A stretch of DNA of 63,995 bases, filler included, from Jimgerdemannia flammicorona (taxonomy: Eukaryota): NCBI GenBank assembly GCA_003990765.1. It is 3 parts of 3 records of this genome, joined end to end, with 100 filler letters (N's around TTAATTAATTAA, not from the genome) between each part and the next. Parts side by side here need not be neighbours in the genome. Positions count along the whole stretch, not along the records: positions 43,065 to 63,995 come from RBNJ01001564.1; 2 more parts are not named here. One strand, 5' to 3'. The notes below the pieces were generated by a model that saw only the letters and a program-made list of their open reading frames with translations, was not told the DNA's origin and did not search any database. Shown piece after piece: positions 53,157 to 63,970 of this stretch. Position 1 is the stretch's first letter, and each line of letters opens with the position of its first letter. The position numbers and the translations under genes are program-made.

Positions 53157-55484
53157 TTCATTTGTGGTAAGTCTTTGAGCTATTTTGGGATTAGTGGTTC
53201 TTATTGATTACTGCTACTGCAGTTCCTTGATCCTTCTTTTATATTCTTCAGAATGCTTATACTGTGGTCACAATGACTCACAGTTGGTCATCATTGCTCA
53301 TCTTGTATGCTGTATGATCTTCTTGTGCTCTGATCTGGTGGCTTGCAAGAAAAGGCTGTCTCCTGTACTGATGTCATCATTCTGGAGTCACCATTATAAT
53401 ACATTCTCAGTAGCAGTAAGCATTATCTATAAAAAATAAAAATATATACATATTACTTCCCAATTACTTACTAAATTAGTTCCTAAATTCACAAATAAAA
53501 TTACTTTCAAAATCATATATATACCTGATTAAAATATTCACCAGTTTGATATATATTGATGATATCTTTGAGGTGATCACATAACCGATTAAATAGTGAG
53601 ATAACAGCTGCTATTGTAAGATACTTCGAAGTTGACATCACAGTTGTCACTTTGGTAAAAGGCTCAAGAAATTGGCAAATCAATTCAAATTGTTGTTATG
53701 CATCTTCAGATATATTACTCATTTGCTTATCTATGATACACAATATATCCAAACCCTATTTAGATGTAATATCAATTTATTTAGTACCAAAATACTTCTG
53801 AATCATATTCCAAAATCTATACAAATAGATTTAAAATCTTATCTTATGAATCTCTAGAGTATATGCTAACATTTCATATATAGAACTCCATCTCATCATA
53901 ATATCTAAGAGAGGCTTCAAAATAGGAATTCTGGAGGATTCACAGACCTTTGCTAGTTGTACTTATCATTGTGCTAAATTTTTGATCTTCTTTATTAACT
54001 CCTATAGCTTTTCAATGGGCTCGCTAAGAGAACCAAGAGCATTATAAACAACGAGATTCAATATATACCTGAAACAGCATACATGAGCAAGTGGATGATG
54101 GAGATTCTCAAACAGAGTATTATTGTTACTAATATTATTATACACAATAGCAATGATTTAATTATCACTAGGTAATAAATCATCTATTACCAGCTTCAGA
54201 CTTTTTGCAAAATTGGCACCCATGTGTGTTATTTTGCTAATATTCACAAAGTCTAAGATAATGTTATATATCTTCCAATCACTGTCAATCTAATGAGCTG
54301 TTATTCCAAGGAAGGCCTTGATGTTAACATCCAATGTCCACTAATCAAGTATAAGTGACACCTTCAACTTGAGCCCTGTTAGCCTTGCTTTTACTTGAGT
54401 CTGCAATAGTTTGAATTCCTTTTGAATAACTCATGAAATTATATCAGCTGATAGAAGGGCCAGATTAGGGCATAATATGTGAAGAAGATACTTGAAGCCA
54501 GTGTTTTTGATAGTGGAGAATAGCTGATATCCAGTGATAATAAAGTTGGTAATTAACCAATAGAAATTTTCATCACTTAAAGTCTTGCTAGTGTGTTCTT
54601 ATTTATAATCTAATAACCTCCTAAGTACTTCCTGAATTCCATTCTATCCATACTCACAATATCATCTTTCTTAGACCAGTGAGGATTCTCAGCATACTGA
54701 AGAGGTAAGAGCATGGCATTGTGATGCTTTCAGAGATGTTGTTTAAGATTGTTGATATTGCCATCCTTCAATATATAGCTCTAAGTTATGCAATAGTTAC
54801 AACTGATGAGCTTACTTTGTAAATTCTATTTGAATAGAGAGATATGAGACTATATTAGAACCTCAACCACTTACAACTGACCACCCACCCTTACAACTGA
54901 TGAGACCAATTATCCCTGTAAATGCAACTATTAGTACAATATATAAAACTACCTTTGTGATATGATTCCACACTCAGCTATTACCAGGTTTTGTTTTTAT
55001 TTTTTTCTTGTACTTATTGATGATAACAAACTAGTGGAGACATCTGATATATCCTTCAATATATCCTCTGATATATCATCCGATGGTTATGAGATTTCTC
55101 CTAAATACACTTCTTGATCTTTAGACATTTCAAATATTTAATGATAGTGGGGACTAGGAGCTTGAGTGGGAGGCCAAGAGCTGGAAAGTAGCTAGGAAGT
55201 GGTGAGCTAGAGAGTGGTGAACTGGGAAACAAGCTGGGGGGGCAGTGAACTAGAGGGCAGGGAGTTGAGAGGAGGTGGTGAGCAGCAGGAAAAGCCAGGA
55301 ACTGTGGGGCCTGAAACAGGAGTCAGCAAGCTGGGGGGCAGCAAGAGAGAGAGCAGTAAGGTGGTGTGCAATAGCCAATAATTGATTGTGGACAGAGGAT
55401 GGATGAATAAATATGCATGGGTGGTGAACTGGTACCCATCATGCAACTGCAAACAGCAAACATACTTTGGATATTCAGCATATT

Positions 55485-55782
55485 CTGTGTAAGCCCCGAT
55501 TGAGCAAGGTTTGCAATAATATTTAAGCGAGATTTGTAGTGTGTTTGAGTGAGATTTGCAGTGAGGTTCAAGTAAGATTTGCAAGCAAGATTAAAGCAAG
55601 ATTTGCAAGTAAGATTTGCATGTAAGATTAAAGTGAGATTTGCATAAACCAGGCTTTGCAAATCTTGCTTGCAAATCTCGCTTGAACCTCACTATAAATC
55701 TCACTGCAAATCTCACTCAAACACACCACAAACCTCACTCAAACATCATTGCAAACCTCACTCAATTGGGGCTTATACAGAA
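55485..55782. mobile_element. Foldback/MITE-like palindrome 1
   Basis: tctgtgtaagccccgattgag ... ctcaattggggcttatacaga, with long inverted arms built from gatttgca units. Confidence 0.8.
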
Positions 55783-55797
55783 CCCACTGAATCACAG

Positions 55798-56000
55798 AGA
55801 GGAGTAGAACGTAGTGAGGGAAGCTCCAGATTGCAAGCATAAGTGTAAGCACAAGCTTTGCTCCACTCAGTCTGACAAGCTGATAATAAGCTAATATCAT
55901 GTAATATCAGCTATCAGCTGAGTGGAACAAAGCTTGTGCTTGTACTTACACTTATGCTTATGCTTACAATCTGGAGCTTTCCTCACTATATTCCACTCCT
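55798..56000. mobile_element. Foldback/MITE-like palindrome 2
   Basis: gaggagtagaacgtagtgagggaagctccagattg ... caatctggagctttcctcactatattccactcctc inverted arms. Confidence 0.8.
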
Positions 56001-56739
56001 CTTACATTCCACTCCTCTTGCATTCTACTTCTCTTATATTCCACTCCTCTTGTACAACCCTCACATATTCCTCCATCTCTCTCACCCTCATTCCTCAGAT
56101 TGCAAATAATATGTAATTTAGAAATGAGTTTCAAAAGAGATTTTGAAGAGATTCTGAAAGAGATTTTGGAGAGATTCCAAAAGAGCTTCTGAAAGATATT
56201 ATAGCTTTTGAACATTTAAGATATCAAAAGCTTACTTTCACCTCTTGTTCTTTTCGCTCCATCCTTCACTTCATCTTGTCCTTTGCTTCACCTTACTTAA
56301 TTCACTGCTATGTTGAGAAAATGTGGATATAACTGCCTGGCCAATAAGTATTTACTTGGCCCCCCCCAAGCTTGATGCACTTCAGCTCACTATCTCAAAG
56401 TTCAGTGCCCTAAAGATGCCCAGCTTGCTGACACCCAGTCTACTGAGCTTGCTGGCATCCAGCCTGTCGAGCTTGCTGACACCCAGCTTGCTGAGCTTGC
56501 CAACACTCAGCCTGCTGAGCTTGCTGACACTCAGGTTGCCAAGCTCACCAACTCCCAGCTCACTGACTCTCAGCTCTCTGATCTCCAGCTTGACCACCAG
56601 CTCGCCACTAGTCTGTAAGCACAAGGTCCCCCATCAGATCCCAATAATATAGCTTAAAAAAGTTAGTTTTTTTTTTTTTTCTTTTTAAATCAATGTCTGA
56701 TTTTTTTTCCTAATAACATTTAAAATATACATATCCTCC

Positions 56740-57628
56740 AGTTTCTAAGCCTGGGCTAGAGTGCAAATCTTGCTACAATTGCCATTTTTGCTATCAAGTT
56801 TGCCCAAGCACTATCTGGAAGCATTACCAAATCAATTTCCTGGATGTCCCAAACCTCATAGAGAAAAGGCCTTATAAATCAGACATTAGGCATACTTTCA
56901 CTGTAGCCAATAAATGCATTAAGAAAGTACATGATGACTAACTAAGGCAAGAAGTCATAAGAGTGATAGAAAACCATATAAAAATTATGGAACATTTGTT
57001 ATACCATACCGGCTTCAAGGTAAATGCCAAAGCATAGAATAAGTAAGGTTGTCCAGATGGAATTATCATCATGGATGAATATGAAAAACTGCTGACCATA
57101 TTTGAATGAGTACCAGTGAAGAATGACAAAATGCTTTATATGTAACTGATGGATGGCAGGCTTGTGTATTTTGTTGAGGAGGGTAGTGGTGGAGGAGATA
57201 GAGAGGTGAGAGAGGTCAGTGCCAGTGGAGGAGTTGGCACCAGTGGAGAGGTTGATAGAGAGATCGGTATGGGGGAGGTTGGCACAGGGGAGGTTGGTAT
57301 AGAGGAATATGGGGAGGTCAGTACAGAAGAGGTTGGTACAGAGGAACATGAGGAGGTCAGCATGAGGGAGGTCAGTGCAGAGAAATATAGGGAGGTTAGC
57401 ATGGGGGAGGTCAGCATGGAGGAATACAGGAAGGTTGGTACAGAGGAATATAGAGAGGTTGGCACAGAGGACAAAATGGAGATTGGTATAGAGAAGGTCA
57501 GTATAGAGGAGGATATAGAGGAGGAGGATATAGAGGAAAGCAGTTTGAAATATATAGAGGAAGATGATCAGTTGGTTTATAGCAATGAAGAGAAGGAGGA
57601 TCAGTTGGTTTATAGTGATGAAGAGTAA
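56740..57628 (+). pseudogene. Decayed ORF of unknown function with an acidic repeat tail, inside the hAT element
   Basis: One frame with a few stops runs from about 56740 into the E/V/G-repeat ORF 57149-57628. Confidence 0.45.
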
Positions 57629-57899
57629 GATCTATTCACACCAGTAAGTTCTTTATTTTTCTGATTTACTTCCTATTTATTTCTGATTTCATTTTCATTT
57701 CTGATTCCTAATTATATTTCTGTTTATTTATTCTAAATATATATCTTAGATGTGCAATATTTTTTTTTTAGTGTCTTGTAGCTTAAAGGCAGATTAAAGA
57801 TGGGTCTGTGTCAGATTAAATATAGGTCAGGGTTGAGTCATATATATTTCTCAGGTCAGGTCATGTATATTTCTCAGGTTGGGTTACATATATTTCTTG

Positions 57900-58145
57900 G
57901 GTTGGGTTAAAGATGGGTTATGTATAATTCTGGGTCAGATTAAAGATAGGTGATATATATTTCCAGGTTGGGTTAAAGATGAGTGATATATAATTTTGGG
58001 TTAGGTTAAAGATAGGTGACATATTATTCTGAGTTGGATTAAAGATAGGTGACATATAATTCTGGGTCAGGTTAAAGATAGGTGATATATAATTCCAGGT
58101 CAGGTTAAAGATAGGTGATATATAATTCTGGGTCAGGTTAAATAT
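57900..58145 (-). repeat. 33-bp tandem array (right subterminal repeats of the hAT element)
   Basis: Unit about ggtcaggttaaagataggtgatatataattctg. Confidence 0.88.
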
Positions 58146-59764
58146 GTACATGGGTTGGCTCAGGTTACAATATACTAGCCATTTATTATCAGTCTATTAA
58201 TAAGTTTACAGTATTACCTCCCACTACCCAATCTCTATAGGAGAGCCTCTCTCCACATTATTATGAATAAAGACCACACTACTCCAACTCTCCTCCCACT
58301 CTGCTTACAGATTTTCTCCACCAAGCAATACCTTCAACTATCCTACAACCCCCAACCAAGCCACCAGTTTGTCAAGATGTCTTCCATAAGACTATACCAA
58401 TGCAACAGTCTGTCCCTCAAGCCCAGTCTCCTTCCATCCTCAAAAACAAATAATCAGTAACTGGCCAACTCCACCCAAATCACCAAAACTCAGTCTAAGA
58501 TAAGCCACTCCTTCCCCACCCCCCCCACCAGTCTATCCCTCAAATCCTCCCACCAACTCTGTACACCATCTCCCCTACACACTACCCCTGAATGATCCCC
58601 AACAGTCTACCAAAAGTCACTAAGTACCTTATACTCTCCTAGCCAATGTTCAGACATCTGCACATATCTCCCTTCCTGCCCTACATTATGGCACTCCTCA
58701 CAGGAAGTAACCTCCCTCGATAAGATGACCTAAGTAGAAGTTGAGCATTATATTTCTCCTCATCAGACCACCTAATATTTTGGTAGTATCTATCTCCTCA
58801 CCTCAGCACTCCAGGTCCAAATACTATGCCAGTTCCACTCCTCTAATACTCACTCCCTGCCATCTGTTAGGCTACAGATCCTGGCCTGATCCCCTTTGGC
58901 ATTCTATCCTATCACTAATGTCAAACTCAATTAAGGGAATGCCTCTCAGTAATACTCAGTTCCATCTTCACATTACTGAGTCTCAAGCTACCTCTCCTTT
59001 ATTTCTCTGCCAAAAAATTACAATATAGTGTACCTCCTCTGCTACCCTACACCAGAAGTCTTTGAATTACAATTTTTCAGTATTCTGAAGTCCAACCAAT
59101 GACAGGAGATCTCCTGTCATGCCTCTTGGTGAGGATCTCATCTCTCAGACCTTCTGTAATAGGGGGACCTAACTGCCCCCTCTCAACTCCACTGCTCTCT
59201 TTAACCACCATGCTCTCAAGCAGTATAGCCTCTTTGGAAAGTCAACCAGCCTAAGTCCTCCTCTTGCCACTGGTAAGGATAAGACCTCCCAACTGATCTA
59301 ACTCCTTCTTCTAGCCCAGATCCACTCCTTGGCCAGCTTTATCAATCTCTTCACTACCCAGGCTGGGAAGTCCAGATGATAAGCCAGATACTACAACTTC
59401 AGCAGCCAATAGACATTCAAAATTGAGACATGCTCTGCTAGAGATAAGTGGCAACCCCCCCAACTCTGCAGGGCCTTTGTAAGAGGGTTGCTTTTTAAGA
59501 GTAACCATTATGTAGTTCTGGAAGGATTTTCTGGAAGTTCTGGATGTTCTGGAAGACTGTTTTCTTATGGTCAAGATCAATTTAATATGGAGTATATCCT
59601 CTATGCTTATTGATTTCAAGATCAGGTTGACATCTCAACCAAAGTTCTTTTTTTGAACTAGTTCTAGATGTTCAGGATTTTCAGTATTTTAGGAAGTTCA
59701 AGAGACTAAGACCAGCTTAGTTGAATTGGTATATTGCTGTAGACAATACCCAATTAGAAAATTT

Positions 59765-61544
59765 TGTGATGTGGTTAGGAGTGGGATCTAATAGAGAGCG
59801 GATTTACTTAAGAGTGGTTTGTGGGTTATTTGAATAGGTTTATTTGCTATTTCATGATATTGCTATACTAGGAGTAGTTGTGTGAAGGGATATTATAGGG
59901 AAGTATTCAGGAATGTTCTTGTGTATTTGAGTCTGAGATTCTGAGGTCTAGGGGAGGGGGTATTTATACTAGTGAGGGGCTATCTAGACTATGCTGAATA
60001 TGGATGTAGCACTAAGTACCTTGCTGAGTCAGAATGCAGTCACATAGTACAAGTGTGATCTGACATGTCAAGAGATCATCTGACTGCTGAGTCAGTTCAC
60101 AGTCACATCGTACAAGGCTAATCTAACTATACTATGACTGCTTAGGCTATTTATAGGTTTAGGCACTGTCTGGGTAGTCCTCGATGACATCACCATCAAT
60201 TGTATCATCTCTGATGAAGTAGTCATCTAGAAAGAGTGGTTCACAGATTACTTCTCCTTGTTTGCTGAGGTAATAATACATTGGAACTTCGTCTCTATCC
60301 TACAAGATGGCATCATCAGTCTCATATGCTGGATAAGGTGTTGGTGGACAAAAGAGGGGTGCATCATCTTCACTTTTGTCAAATTCGCTGTCTGCATATC
60401 TTCTGTAGGTTACAGCACTATGAGTCATGGGGTTGTAGTAAGCTGGTGGCTGTAGTTCATGTTGCTCATACTCAGGTGGTGGAGTGGTTGGTTCAATCTC
60501 GAGGGTTGTCTGGAGGTACAGGTTGTGTTCTCTGGTCTCTTCATTGTAGTTGAAGTAATCAGGGGTAAATGCGGGTTAGTATTCATACCAGTGGTTATTG
60601 TCCCAATAAGTCTCATAGGCTGTTATGAATTGTTGTAAGTTCATCGGCAAGGTTGGCAGTGTGATCAGGGTTGACAGAGATCCTTGGCTAGAGGTCATGT
60701 TGGCATTAGAGAGATCATTGTCTTCTGCTTTATCTTCATCGAAGTAGATTATATCATAGATGTCCTTCATGGCATATCCAACTTGGGGTATTTGCAGGAT
60801 ATGATCATTGGGGTGTGGGAAGGTTCTGTCTGTAGTTTCGATGTACTTGAGGTACTTGTAGTTGAGTTCTTGTATCATGTCATTAATTTAGCCATAGGAC
60901 AGGGTAGCAACCATTTTGGCTGTAGTAACTCGAAGGTGGGAAATAATGGTGCTATACTCGTAGAAGAGTTCTTGATGTTTGCAGGCAATGAGCTTCTGGT
61001 GTTGAGACATCTGGGTAATGTCTGTATCGTGGTGATGTTCGATCATGTCTTTCAGGAGGTGGCCAATCTGGTAGTAGCTTGAGATTTGTCTGATTCAGTG
61101 GGCCTTACTAAGCATGTTCAGAGCATTTCATTGGGCTTCCACAAAGTAGAGGGGTGCTAGGCTATGGATATTCATGAGGGGTAGAGGGGGTGTGGCTCAG
61201 TTGACAATGGTATTCCAAATGTCAGCACAGATACAGGTATAGATCTCAGTGGTCATGTTTGTGTGTTTGGAAGTTGTGGTTATTGTTTGTTTTGGTTCTC
61301 TGATTCGACGCATCTCAGTGCTCGGTATATATATATTTGATCCTGATTGGTAAGATTCTATTTGTGTAAATCTTGTGTTCTGTGACTTCATATTGACTCA
61401 GCTTTGTATGCTGTAACTTCAGTTTGACTCAGCTTCATAATCAAGCAGGTGATTTCCAGATATGTTCAGAGGTCGCATGTGATTTCAGTGGCTTGTTCAG
61501 AGGGTGATGTGTAATTTCGGTGGCTTGGAGGTTGTGCACTTACA
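59765..61544 (-). mobile_element. 1.78-kb LTR of family D containing ORF3, followed by about 300 bp of presumed internal sequence (59470-59764)
   Basis: Termini TGTAAGTG...CACATCACA; GTATAAATACCCCTC TATA (same as family C LTR) followed by AATAAA; inserted in LINE ORF2; no TSD. Confidence 0.75.
60159..61256 (-). pseudogene. LTR-encoded accessory ORF3 of family D (365 codons with in-frame stops)
   Basis: Single frame MTTEIY...SSYYQIGHLLK...IACKHQELF...LSYG*INDM...PPPEY..PPAY..acidic tail. Stops are TGA/TAA/TAG compatible with CGA/CAA/CAG. Confidence 0.75.
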
Positions 61545-63970
61545 GCCTTCCCCCAGATTCCAACCCTCTGCTCCCACCAAAGTCTGAGTAGGACTGACCC
61601 ATATATTATAAATAAATATCCAAGTACTGCACTATCTCACCAGTAGGGATGATTGTTCTAATAATATCCCCACCCACCAGACTATTGCCTAATACCATTG
61701 TTTCACACTTGTACCAATTGAGTTTAGCCCCAGAGTTTTCCTCATACTACTTCACTATCTCCTTGAGCTCCTCAATATCAGCAATTGATCTCAGACCAAT
61801 CACTATATCATCTGCAAAGGCTCTAACTTTCCACCCAATTCCAAAAATGGAGAGCTCCACTATCTTCTGCCTAATTCTGTCCATTAGGGGTTCTAGAGAA
61901 AGAGTATATAGAATGGGGGATAGTAGGTCCCCCTGGGGCATACTGATACCCAGGGGAAATGATATCCCTCTATATCTATTACATATGAGTGCAGTCCTAT
62001 TCCCTTCCAGTAGGCTAATCATTACTGACCAGAACTAGTACAGTATCCCAGTTCTATCTAAGACTTTCACCAGTCAAACTCACTACACCTAGTCATAAGC
62101 CTTCTCCTGGTCTAAGAAGACCAGTCACCCATCCAGTCTACAAGCTTGTACTCCTTCAATAACTCCATATACCCAGGCTGTATCATCCCTAATGAGTTGG
62201 CCTCCTACAAAGCCCCTCTGCTCAATACCCAAGACTTGCTGGGCCACCTTCTGTAGCCTCACAACTACTACCTTAGTCACTGACTTTCTATCCATGTCTA
62301 GAGCATAATCAGCCTCCAGTTCTTCCAGTTCTCTCACCTTCCTTTGTTCTTATAAAGCAATGTCACCAGCCCCAGATCCTGCTCCCCCACCCATTTCCCT
62401 GTCTGTAGTATAAAATCACACAATATCATCATCTCATTCAGTACTCCTGAGACTCCCACTATCTTCTTCTAGAAGTCCCAGGGCAGATCATCCTCCCCAG
62501 GTGCTGTACCTGGTGTCATCATGGCAAGAATCTAGAGGATCTCTTCCTCTTGTACTGACAATATCAAGTTACCCAGCCCATCCACTTGTGGAGGGTGCCA
62601 ATCCTCCAATGCCCAGTCAATAGCAGTAGTATCAGCCCCACCCTCCTTCTCACTCCATAATCCACTCTATTGCTTCTTTAATAATTCAAGAATGTCTTGT
62701 ATACTATGCACTAGTATACTATCAGAGTCAAGTATCTCCTCCCATCTTTGCTATATCCTTCTCACCTGAAGGACCCTTGTAAGATACTTTGAGGGCCTCT
62801 CTCCTTCCTCCAAACCCTGCCAATGAAGCCATACTACCAAGCTCTGCACCCTTATCTCTTCCTCTTCCCATAATACCTGTTTTAATTCTCCAATCTCTAT
62901 TTTTGCTCTCATTAATCTCCAATCCTCTCTCTTCTCTAATATCACTAGCCCTGTCTAATCTTCCAAGAGTCTAGCCAGTCTAACAGAAGCCCATCTCACT
63001 TGTCACCTCCTCTGCTTCTCAGTCTCCTTGTCAGCCTCACTCCAGTAGACCCTGGCCATCTCTTTCATTCTCATCTACCAAACACCAACTGGGGTACCTT
63101 TTTGTCTCTAGCTCTCTACCCTCAGTTGAATGTCTTCAGCCCACTCATTCCACCAGATCCTATCATCTCATAAAGAGAAATTGAGGCACTAATGTCCAGG
63201 CCTATACCCACTCCCTCCAAAGTGCCCCTGTCCTAACAGCCCTTAATGATCTGACTATAGACACCATTTTACCTCCAGCAACTTCCAAACATCCAAGCCC
63301 CAGAAGCTAGCCATCAAAATCCAGTCAATCCTCATCTCCAGGCCCCCTGCCCAATGTATATATACTCTCTTATCTCCCTAATACTCCCTACCAGTATCTA
63401 TCGGAGCACTTAGTCTTTCTACTACCTCTCACACCACCAGCCCTCCACTCCTACTCTCAGCTCCCTGTCCTCTATCTGTTCTATCCATCAGTACATTCTG
63501 GACCATATTAATGTCTCCACCAAGCATATATACCCCAGCCTCTATAAGAACCCCACTCTCCTGGAGACTCTTCACTTAATCCACATACTCACTCTATACA
63601 GCAGAGTAGTAACAGAAGTCCACTGTGACTGACTTCCAACCTGTATGTATCTACTCTCCCCAGACCAATCTATCCCTCCAGCTCCTCATATCCCATATCT
63701 CCCCTCTGCCTTTCCAGACCAGAATCCCAATCTTGCTCTTCCAAACTATCTCATCTCCTCATTCTTTCATCCATTCCAGCCTATCTAAATCATTCTCACA
63801 CCTGATATCCTGCAAGAGGAAGATATTTGCCTCCAATCTCTTCAGCTAAATAAAAATGTTCCTACATCAAGAAGTACCCCATAACCTATTCACATTTAAA
63901 GAAAAAATGTTAGTTATATTATTCATAATGAAATATAGTGTGTTATCAAGTCTATCTCTACTGTTTCATA

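Larger units (their letters stand above)
44598..53398 (-). mobile_element. Full-length Ty3/gypsy element family C with 1.5-kb ORF-containing LTRs
   Basis: LTRs 51845-53398 and 44598-46116; PBS TGGTGCCTATTGAC at 51841; gag ATG 51724; CCHC remnant YFRCGEEDHYAKSC; PR IIDTGA; RT YIDDVII; IN KWEGP; PPT TTCAGGAGGAAGA 46117-46129; possible 4-bp TSD ATGC/ATAC. Confidence 0.95.
43580..58177 (-). mobile_element. Large hAT DNA transposon interrupted by gypsy C and carrying foldbacks and a decayed extra ORF
   Basis: BED-like SCNYC..NLKQHL*KHH about 54720-54810; SLILD*WT..FLGITAH*ID about 54300; dimerisation-domain YLTISATSVPSECIFSIAG about 44110-44160. Inverted 33-bp repeat arrays lie at both ends. TIRs are degenerate and no TSD was found. 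Confidence 0.75.
58179..63930 (-). mobile_element. L1/Tx1-like LINE ORF2 (APE-RT-CCHC), decayed, lacking ORF1, interrupted by LTR element D
   Basis: FSLNVNRL about 63890; QRGFVGG; PQGDLLSPILY; AFADD; ELGGLP; C-terminal CEEC..H..(C) knuckle about 58630-58700. Confidence 0.9.

Noticed and set aside
56762..56806. CKSCYNCHFCYQVCP resembling a 4Fe-4S ferredoxin motif
   Set aside because: All five Cys are TGC codons in a CpG-decayed region and may derive from CGC (Arg). It cannot be supported without a consensus.
57900..58145. 33-bp repeats as a possible CRISPR array
   Set aside because: Head-to-tail units with no unique spacers, eukaryotic context, and no cas genes.
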